NCBI RefSeq assembly: GCF_963921235.1
Contig: NC_086108.1
Coordinates: 12,400,001-12,464,000 of the forward strand
Direction of reading: 5' to 3'
Origin: Mobula hypostoma
Taxonomy: Eukaryota
DNA: 64,000 nucleotides
Shown here: piece by piece, positions 54,265 to 64,000 of the stretch
How positions within the stretch are numbered: position 1 is the first letter of the stretch
How the letters are laid out: every line of letters begins with the position of its first letter
Translations under genes and position numbers: made by a program
Notes under the pieces: model-generated
What the model was told of the DNA's origin: nothing
The model's input: only the letters and a program-made list of their open reading frames with translations
Database searches by the model: none

Positions 54265-55135
54265 CCATTCCTCCTCACCAACAACCTCTTCTCCCCTCTT
54301 CTCATCAATGAGCTCTCTTCCCCTCTCCTCACCTTCCACACTCTTTAGCAAATCCACTACTCCTCACCAACAACCTGTTCGCCCCTCTCTTCACCAACAA
54401 CCTCTTCTCCTCTCTCCTCACCAACAAACACTTCTCCCTACTCCTCACCAATGAGTCCTCTCCTCACTCCTCGCACTGCTCCTCATTGACAACGTCTCCT
54501 CCTCACTCCTCACACTCCACCTCACCAACGAGCTCTTCTCCTCACTCCTCATCAAGGACCTATTCTCCACAATCCTCACCAACAAATTCTTCTCTTATCA
54601 CCTCACCGACAACCTCTTCTCCCCACTCCTCACCAACAACCTCCACTCCTCACTCCTCACCAAAAAACACTTTTACCCACTCCTCACCAAAAACCTCTTC
54701 TCCTCACTCCTCACCAACAACCTCTTCTCCCCACACCTCACCAACAACCTCTTCTCCCCACACCTCACCAACAACCTCTTCTTCTCACTTCTGACCAACA
54801 AACACTTCTACCCACTCCTCACCAACAATATATTCTCCCTACTCCTCACCAACTATCTTTTCTTCCCTCTTCTCACCAATGAGCTCCTTTCCTCACTCCT
54901 CACCAACAACCTCTTCTCCCCACTCCTCACCAACAGCCTTCTCTCTCATCTCCTCACCAATGAGATCTTCTCCTCACTCCTTGCTCCATCTCACCAACAA
55001 ACTCCTCTACTCACTCACCTACAACCTCTTCTCAATCCTCATCAAGGGCCTCCGCACTCTTCACCAACAACCTCTTCTCCTCACTTCTCACACTGCTCCT
55101 CATTGATGACCTCCTCTCCGCAGTTCTCACACTAC
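54265..55135. repeat. Degenerate 27-bp tandem repeat
   Basis: Unit CCTCACCAACAACCTCTTCTCCCCACT. Confidence 0.9.
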
Positions 55136-55343
55136 TTATCACCTAGTCCTCAGATGGTTCAACTCTCCCTCTGCTGAACCCTGGAAAGGCTGTACTCAAA
55201 TTCAGATTGAGATTCAGTTATTTATCATATGTTCATCAAAACAGATACCTCGCTGAAGAAGGGTCTCGACCAAATCATTGACTGTTTATTCATTTCTATA
55301 GGTGCAGTCTGACCTGCTAAGTTTGTCCAGCATTTTGTGTGTG

Positions 55344-55863
55344 TGTCGATATCTCCAGTTGAATGTTGTCTTTTTGTGTGTTTCCCCCCCTAGTCGCCAG
55401 TGTGTGTTTTGTATTGCCATGTGCTCTTGTTTGTTTTCATGCCCCATGTGTTCCTGTCCCCACTCCTGCTCTACTCCGGCCCCTGTATTACTGAATACCC
55501 TGCCTCTCATCTGTTTCTCATTATTACCTGTATTGCTGCCACCTGTGTCTCATTGTGCTCCTCATATCATCTGCCTCTCTGTTTATTGCTCAGTGTATTT
55601 CAGTCCTGTGTTTTCACCTGTTTGTTGCCAGATTGTGCCAGTGAGTTTTCCTGAGCCTTTCCAGCATTTGTATCTGAACTCCATCTGTCCGAATACTGAA
55701 TGCCTGTTTCCCAGTTCTGGTTTTTGGATTTCTCTGAATGTTTTGATCTCTGCCCGAACTTTGACGCTGACTTTGTTTGCACCTCGGGATTCGTTACTCA
55801 ATTAATATCACTGTGTGCACAGTACTGGGCCTGCGACTGGATCCCGGCTCCAGCGCCCTGACC
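55344..55863 (+). mobile_element. Probable solo LTR in a Penelope tail
   Basis: TGTCG...TGACC (terminal CA altered) with GTGTG duplicated on both sides. Confidence 0.6.
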
Positions 55864-57173
55864 GTGTGTTGTAGAGAAATGCATCATTTGCATTAACAAC
55901 CTTCACACCTGAGTTCTTGTTGGGGTAGCCCACAAGTGTCACCATGTGTTCTGATGCCAACACATTCTTGCTTCGCACAACAGAAGCAGCAGCAACAACA
56001 AAAGAACACAGCAAAACCAGACAACAACAGCAAAACGTGCCCCTTTCCAACCCTCCCAACCCTCCCAACCACCCCACCCCCCCACCGCCTCTCCCACACA
56101 CAGCTAGGCCTCCACCACCAAGACTGGCCACCTCTGGGCCTCCAGACCTTCCCTACAGACTCAGGTATCAGGCATTGATTCTCCAATGTCTAGTCCCTGG
56201 TCCAGACTCAGAACTTCGACCCTGGGGCCTCTACCCCCAGTCTCAACAACTTTTGGTCTTTGACCTTTGAAGTTTCTGGCTATCTGCCTCTGAACTTTGA
56301 CCTTTGGCTTTGCCCTCCAACTTTGCTGATCTCTGGATGTCAACCCTGAATTCGCCAATCACGGGTTTGACTTCCAGGCCTCGAATGTTTTGTGATTGCT
56401 GTCCTTTGACTGGGGAGATCTTTGGGCTTTGACTTACAGACTCACATGGACCTCCAATCCCAGTCGCCTGGGGATTTATTGACCCTCAAGATTCCACTGG
56501 CAACACCAGCTCACTTTGCTGCTCTGCCATCCTTCCTCTGCCCGGCTCAAGGGCGAAATGCCATGTATTATGATTAACCCGGAGAACAAATCAATGATGT
56601 AGAAAGGTCAATTCCGCTCCCTCCATCTCCATTGCAGCTACATGGTCAAGACAGAGTTGGGGTGTGCAAAGCAGAAAAAAGTAGGAGTTTCGAGAGCCTT
56701 TTGACCTAAACTGTGAGTGAGGTCTGAACAATCTAAGTGCCAGGTTGATTTGGAAAGGTTGGGTACGGATATCAGGGTCCAGGCATAGGTCCCTGGATCT
56801 TAGAGCAAGGGACGACCCATGTTTGGATGATTTAAACACAGATAGATTGAAAAGGTAGGTTCGGGCTGTTTCTGCTCACTGCTCCATGATGTTTCCTTCA
56901 CTCTCCACGGCACTGAGGCTGAGTCGGAGGGGCTGCTCTGGCTGCTCGACGCCCCGGGCTGCAAGCTCCGTGACAATTTGCTCCACTGTGTCCTGAACTG
57001 TGGCTCTGGCTGTGTCCTGCTCCGGCTGCTCGACGCTCCGGGCTTTGGGTCTGTGGACTCATTTTCGTTCTGAATGCTGCTGCTTGTTTTTATTGTTTGC
57101 ATGATGTGTGTGTATTTTCTCTCTGTGCATTGGGTAATTGTTTTTTTTTTAATGGGTTCTTTCAGGTTTCTTG

Positions 57174-57735
57174 TGTAACACACTGGTTCCGTCGGCTGCG
57201 TGAGTCTAGGGAAGACACCCTCCAGCCCCGCCAAACGACAAGAGATTGACGTGCAAGCCCCCCAAATCCCCCTGTTTGTGAGGATGCTGCGTGATTTGTT
57301 TCTCTGTACCACGAAATAACAGACAGTACAATTAAGTTCTTAATTTGACTAAAAGGTTAGTAAAGAAATAGCCAAAAAAGGAAAAGGGCCCATTTTAAAT
57401 GAACCAGTCTAATGTCCACAAGTTGGAGTTCACAGTTTCCTCTTCGCCGATCCTCCTTCAATCTCCCCGGGCTTCTTTGAATCACGGCCCCACTCTGGGT
57501 TGACTCCTCCGACCTCTTCTTTCCAGCGTCTTCTCTCTTCTCCCCTCTCAAAAGCCCCAAGCCCAACCTTAGTGCCCCTCACCAGAGAAACCTCCCTTGA
57601 ATCCATTCATCCCAATTGGATGGCACACATTTCTCCTATCTCTTATCTTCAACAGTAACCCAAACAAGCGCATACACAGAGAACAGAAAAGCCTAACAGA
57701 GAAAAAATATGAACAATGTGAACCAGGGCATTCCA
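57174..57735. mobile_element. Probable solo LTR
   Basis: TGTAACACACTGGTTC...GAACCAGGGCATTCCA imperfect inverted ends; flanks CTTG / GTTG. Confidence 0.55.
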
Positions 57736-58121
57736 GTTGTTTCTTGACTACCTGTAAAGAGATGAATCTCAGGGTTGTAAAATGTATACATACTTTGGTA
57801 ATAAATGTACTTGGAACTTTGAAGAGTCAAACAAGACAAGTCAGAAATCAATTGGGATATTCATTTGACTTCTGCATTGAGAAATAGCCACAAAATGATT
57901 GCTAAGGAAGTGATAGTAGATTCAGTAAGTAAGAGATTAGTTTTGACAGAATAAGTTAAATACATGACTTTAAAATAAGTATGCATATTTCATTTAGCTA
58001 AATGCTGAGATTCAACCTGAAGCATGTGAAAAAAGTATTTAATCTCTATTTCAAAATGTAACTTCCATTGTATTATTGAATAATGCATTTGGAATAGTTT
58101 GCAAATTTATTTTCAGGTATA

Positions 58122-58575
58122 ACACCACAAGACCATAAGATATAGGAGCAGAATTAAGCCATATGACCATTTCATTATGGCTGATCCGTTTTCCCGCTCA
58201 GTCCCAATCTCTTGCCTTCTCCCCGTATCCCTTCATGACCTGACTAATCAAGAATCTGTCAACCTCTGCCTTAAATATACCCAATGACTTGGCCTCATCA
58301 GCCACCCGTGGCAATGAATTCCACAGATTCATTACCCTCTGACTAAAGAAATTCCTCCTCAACTCCATGTTAGCAGGACACCCCTCTATTCCGAGGCTAT
58401 GTCCTCTGGTCTTAGAAAGTATTCTCTCCACATCTACTCAATCGAGGCCTTTCAACATTCAATAGGATTCAATGAATTCCAGTGAGTACAGGCCAGAGCC
58501 ATCAAATGCTTCTCACATGACAAACCTTTCAATCTCAGAATCATTTTCATGAAACTCCTTTGAACATTCTCCAAT
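58122..58575 (-). mobile_element. CR1 3' fragment
   Basis: KTRGHSLGIEG..RRNFFSQRVMNLWNSLP. Confidence 0.9.
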
Positions 58576-60699
58576 GTACGTTGAAGAGAGGTGTCTCCAT
58601 CTGTGGCTCCAGGTTTATTGAGGAAGCTCTGACCATTTTGGAGCATTCTGTCACCTACAGAATATTTCTTCACAAAAAGAAATGTGTCATTTCTCCAGAT
58701 GCAGAAATGCTTCAATATTCTGGAATTGTTCCAGTGAAATGGTTTGTCTATAGCCTGTGATGTAATGGATAGAATGTCCTTGGATGGCCAAATGGACGTT
58801 TGCACTTCAGCCAACCCAAAGATTGTGGCCGAAACTGTAAACTCCCCCATTGGAGTCAGTTCAGGGTCAGGGGTAGAAGAAAAGGAGAGGGAAGAAGGGT
58901 AGGATAATATGGAAGGTTAGAAAATAGATGGGCATAGGAATGGAAATAGGGAAGGATGTAGTCAGGTGAAAGGAAGTGTGAGGGAAGATGTACAGAGGAA
59001 TGGGAAAAGGAGAGAATGAGAGATATGGAGTGTGAGTTTTTGAGGGTAGTTGGCAACAATTTCATGGGAATTGATAGTTCAAACATACCAGAATAGAAAT
59101 GAATGAAATCTTTGAGCAAGATAAAGTCTCAGATAAAGGGCAGATCTTGGAATGAGGTTTCTGGGAGTACTTTCCTGAGCTCAATGGATGTGTTCCTGAA
59201 GGAAGCTGGAACTTGTGCAAAGATGATGAACCAAAGGAGATATTTTGGCCCAGTTGGTGAGAGTGTTGGCCAGCCACAAAGTGGGCAAAGTCTCAGGCTG
59301 GAGAGCTACTGTAGTTCTCCTGAATGAGTTTTCTACAATTGGACAGGATGTTCTGGCATGGGGGTATCAGCAAAGATTTATGTTGGACACATGAGTTCTC
59401 ATTCAGAAAATGTTCTGGTAGGCATTGGGAGTTGAGTAGGGAAGAGGCTGAGGGACAAGGAATTGATGTGTTTATGCTAAAGGAGCACGCTGCCTGGCTG
59501 ACTGGTTCTATTGCATCAATACTTGACCCCTCACACCTGAAGATCTAAGGTTGTGCGTGTGACCTTCACACCATTTGTTCTCAAGTTCATTATTCTGTCT
59601 TAGGGAGACAGTTGGTTCACTGGAGAATAAACATTCAGTTAATACATCATCAGTATAAGTAAATTAAGCTAGGTAAGACTTGGAAGAGACATGGTTTTGA
59701 AGTTTTCATCCTCAGGGCAGACTGTCTAATGAAAGTGGCCAAGTCTGTTAGGATAGCCAATGTCCTTGGCGCTGTTCCATACAATGAGAAAGCTCTACAG
59801 AACCCACTGAAACAAAAAGAAATAACAGATCATAAATCCAGTGCCTTTAATTTCTCTGTTTAACGAGCCCCTGTAAATCCTGGTGAGTGTGACTTTTATC
59901 ATACCATTCCCTATTGAATATAAAAATCTAATTGTATACGTTGTTACTGTTTGCTTCAGCTGGTCTTTTAATGGAGACAGCAACAATATCCATCTTTATT
60001 TTGGCATAAATGTATAACCTTTCCCTTCAGGTTATCGATTGGTGCTTAGTGATACCACGGGGCCATACACTAAGCGAACAGAGTGAGCAATGAAAGCCTA
60101 GAAGTGGAGATTCAGCATTTAAAACGCTGTTAGTTTTAATGGTGTCCTTCAATGCAGAGAGCCGTTATGTTAAATGATCATTGTAAATGTTTGTATATAT
60201 TTAATTCATAATGCTATCTGTTGACTTACAGTAACCATGGTAATGTAAGTATCAATATCTCCAGGAAGGCAGACTGGATGTGATGGAGGTACAAGGCGCA
60301 AAACTGCAAGTCACTTCAGTTCCTGTTTACTCCGGATTGGAGCTCAGTAAACAGGAGATTTTCTTATACTCATAGGATCACAAGGAAAGTGCAGAGAAGG
60401 GAGACAATTGGCCCATCTGTAGATAAAGAGCGCAATCTTCAGTCTTTTTCCTGGCCTCCAACTGGGCCTTAAATTACTTGCTATTTTCACCTCCTTTCTC
60501 CAATCGGAAGCCAATTCCATTTCGATTTACACAAAACAAGTTGTCTTCAACACTCCACTAAAATTGCCTTTGACTGCCTTGAAGCAGTGACCCTTCCTGG
60601 TGTCTTTACCGTGAAATAGTGGGTCAGAATTCATGCAGCTGTGTGGCTGTTGGAAGGTGTTAACTCTCTCTTACAGTATTAATCTTGGCTTACGGGTAT

Positions 60700-61660
60700 G
60701 GTGTAGCTAAGTAATTAGGATCGTCATCCACAGCCTGGTTACTAATTGATTCACTAATTTCTAAATGGGGAGTGAATTCAGAAATCGAAAGTGCAATGCA
60801 ATTTGGACTTGTGCAGGATTCCCTAAAGATTAACTTGCAGGTTGAGTTGGTTGTAAGGAAGGCAAATAGAATGCTAATATTCATTTCAAGAGGACTAGAG
60901 TATAAAAGCAAGGAGTAATGTGAGACTTTATAAGGCATTGGTCAGCACAGACCAACAACTACAGGCGCAGACCCATAAAACACTCCTGATACGTTACATA
61001 TTCATTCTCGTCAGCCTGCTCCGGACCCTCTCCAATGCCAGCATATCTTTTCTTAGATAAAGGGACCAATATTGCTCACCATACTCCAAGAGCAGTATGA
61101 TCAGTGCCTTATAAAGCCTCAGCATTACGTCCTTGCTTCTATCTTCTGGTCTTCTAGAAATGATTGCTAACATCACATTCACCTTCTTACCACCGACTCA
61201 AATTTCAAGTTAACCTTCAGAGAAGTCTGCACAAGGACTCCCAAGTCCCTTTGTACCTCTGATTTTTGAAGTTTCTCCCCCATTTAGAAAAAAATACGCT
61301 CAGCCTTTATTCCTTCTGCCAAAGTACATGATGATCTAATTCCCCACAATATCTGCCACTTATTTACTCATTCTCCCAATTTGTTTGTCTTTCTGCATAG
61401 TTTCTGCTTTCTCAGTGCTACCTGGGCCTCCAACTATCTTCATATCATCCGCAAACTTGGCCACAAAGCTAACAATTCCATCATGCAGATTATTGATGCC
61501 GAACATGAAAAGAAATGGTCCCAACATGGGCACCTGGGGAACACCACTAGTCACAGGCAGCCAAACAGAATAAACCTCCTTTATTCCCATTCTTTTCCTC
61601 CTGCCTGTTATCCGGTGTTCTATCCGTGTGGGTATCTTTCCTGTCATACCATGAGTTCGG
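60700..61660. mobile_element. Two CR1 RT fragments in opposite orientation (60700-60943 plus, 60990-61660 minus)
   Basis: VTSGVPQ..KFADD and RLYKAL motifs. Confidence 0.85.
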
Positions 61661-61664
61661 CATT

Positions 61665-61749
61665 GAGATGCTGCCACATGATTAGCTGATTAGATATTTG
61701 TATTAATGAGCTGGTGTACAGGTGTACCTAATAAAGTGGCCACTGAGTG
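61665..61749. mobile_element. Tc1 terminal fragment
   Basis: Matches 13320-13389, including CCTAATAAAGTGGCCACTGAGTG. Confidence 0.8.
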
Positions 61750-62319
61750 TGTGTCATGAAATGTGTTGCTTTGCGACAGCCGGATGGCACAGGAAATCAA
61801 ACTTACTAAAATATAAAACATAGAACTGTACAGCACAGTACAGTCCTTTATTCAAAGTTAAAGAATTTCAGGACATATGCCAGTGATATTAACCTGATTC
61901 TCATTCAGTCTCCTTCAGGAATCAGAGAGTTACTAAGGCCTTGCTGAAGTATTCCTGCTTTGATTGGTTGGTCTGTCAGGGCAAATTCAGTTAATTTAAA
62001 AGTTCAAAGTTCAAAGTGAATTTACTATTGAAGTACATATACATTATACAACCTTGAGATTCGTCACTTTACAGGCAGCCACACCACAGCTCTCTGTTTA
62101 GGTGGATGGGCCTTGAATCTGCCTCTCCTCTGCTCCAACTTTGCTCTGTTCCTCTTGCCATGACTTGGCCCGAATACGTCTGGACCTCACCCTGACTTTG
62201 CCTCGCACCCTTACACTTTGACCCCGGACTCAGCCTCACTTTCGCTCACCTCTTCATTGTTTGTTATAATCCTTTGCCGTGATTTTTTTGCAGAAAAGGT
62301 GTTATTAATAATTTACTTG

Positions 62320-62835
62320 CAAACACGAGCAAGTCTGCAGATGTTGGAAATCCAGAGCAACACACAAAATGCTGGAGGAACTCAGCAGGTCAGGCAGCAT
62401 CTAAGAAAAAGAGTAAACAGTCAACATTTTGGGCCGAGACCCTTCCTCAGGACTGAGAAGAAAGGGGGAAGATGCCTGAGTATAAAGGTGGGGAGAAGAG
62501 AAAGAGGTTATCTGGAAGGTGATAGGGGAAGCCAGTTGGGTGGGAAATGTAGAGGGCTGGAGAGGAAAGAATCTGATAGGAAAGGAAAGTGGACAATAGG
62601 AGAAAGGGAAGAAGTGGGGCCTAGTGGAAAGTAATAGGCAGGTGAGAAGATGTGAAAAGTCAGAGTGGGGAATAGAAGAAGGGGGATGAGGGGATTTTTT
62701 CACCAGAAGGAGAAATCGATATTCATGCCATCAGGTTGGAGTTTCCCCAGACAGAAGTATAAGGTGCTGATCATCCACCCTGCAAGTGGCCTCACCTTGG
62801 CACAAGAGGAGGCCATGGACCAACATGTCGGAAGT
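62320..62835 (-). mobile_element. Penelope-like element 3' part
   Basis: Homologous to 3528-4110; decayed hammerhead at 62418-62455. Confidence 0.8.
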
Positions 62836-64000
62836 ACTTAGTTGTATTCCTTGTCTTGTTATCCTCCAGTAGTAGTGCTCACCTTCAGCTGAGCAATCTT
62901 AAACCAGAATTCTGGCCAATGGTAAAATTTTGAGGGATCCAAAGTGTTTTGATTTGAAATTCCATTCACTGTCTGTGGTTCTGGGTGTGTTGGCTTTTGC
63001 TCCTGAGTTTTCACATATCCCTGAGGAGAGGACCATTGTGGTCCTCAAATGACTTAGCACATCACATAGAAATTAAATAAATAGATTTTCTGCCCTGCTA
63101 TCAATACACAATCTGACAGAAAAATCAGATTGGTTCTGGTATGTTCATCACAGGAGCGTTCTGTCCTGCTGATGTCAGCTGACCTCCTGTCATCTGCAAC
63201 CATCTAATGCAGTTCCTCCACTGGAGTCAGAGCTCAAACCTTTCAGGGTGTTCATACTCAGCCTAATCCCTTGTAGGTTACGTTGAGCAATGGGTGATGC
63301 CTGTGCCTGGCAAGCCAAGAAGTTCAAATATTCAAGATTCAAAGTACATTTATTATTAAAGTATGTATGCAGTACACAGCCCTGAGATCCGTCTTCCCAC
63401 AGACAGCCACCAAACAAAGAAAATCATGGACCTGTTCAAAGAGAAACATCAAACACCCAATGCACAAGCAAATCATGCAAACTGCAAAAATGAGTGGAAA
63501 ACACAGAATGTAAAATATTAAACAATAGCTTAGATCATTTAGCGCTGCGTCATTTGTTGACTGAAAGCTGCAGCCAGTCCACCCCGACCAAAATCACACA
63601 CAACAGCAGCAAAAAAAGAAGTAACCAGAAACCAGAAACACATCATAACAGAGCCCAATCCACAAACTGTGTCGATTAAACTTTGCTCAACACCCAAGGC
63701 TCCAGCACCATCCTCAATCAGCATCAAACAAGAGGGAGACAGCACAGTTAAATGCAGGCAGAGAGCACTTAACACCTGCTTGCTTTCTGCTCCCAACCTC
63801 AATTTTGCATGATGGATTAATCAGCGAGATTGGTGAGAAACAGAGTTGATCATGGGCTCACACTCCATCTTCAGTGGCCACAAACTCCACTCTAAATCTC
63901 AACAAACTCCCTCAGAGACAACAAAAAGCCTGATCACTCAATTGGCGCTAAACACACCATCAAATTGTAGATCACAGGTTCCAATGCAGCACAATCATAC

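Noticed and set aside
54486..55106. Mucin-like Ser/Pro/Thr ORFs
   Set aside because: Translation of a degenerate 27-bp repeat with stops and frameshifts; no convincing splice context.
58452..58850. 132-aa ORF as a host exon
   Set aside because: Runs into CR1 sequence; only a faint resemblance (PFHWNNSRIL) to a Penelope endonuclease, not enough to call.

Overview
Repeat-dense vertebrate intergenic or intronic DNA. The mix of CR1, Rex1/Babar, Penelope, Tc1 and tRNA-SINE elements suggests a cartilaginous fish, probably a batoid (inference). I found no intact host protein-coding gene. Almost all ORFs in the track are decayed transposon fragments or low-complexity sequence. The standout is a complete non-autonomous Gypsy-type LTR element at 7335-10564 on the minus strand, with TG...CA LTRs and a CTCTC target-site duplication (TSD). 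Its gag-pol interior has been replaced by a mosaic of intron-less host mRNA fragments: ROCK, CCDC93, two pieces of CUL1 and one unidentified piece. All four junctions I can identify are in frame. Other notable items are minimal hammerhead-ribozyme motifs associated with Penelope-like elements (one with an intact core at 33729-33770), a 7.2-kb 35-bp tandem array that appears to have expanded out of a CR1 RT coding segment, a giant-LTR/tiny-interior retroelement nested in a Gypsy gag, and an RTE-BovB-like LINE. Protein identities come from my recall of the families, not from database searches. Boundaries of decayed elements are approximate.
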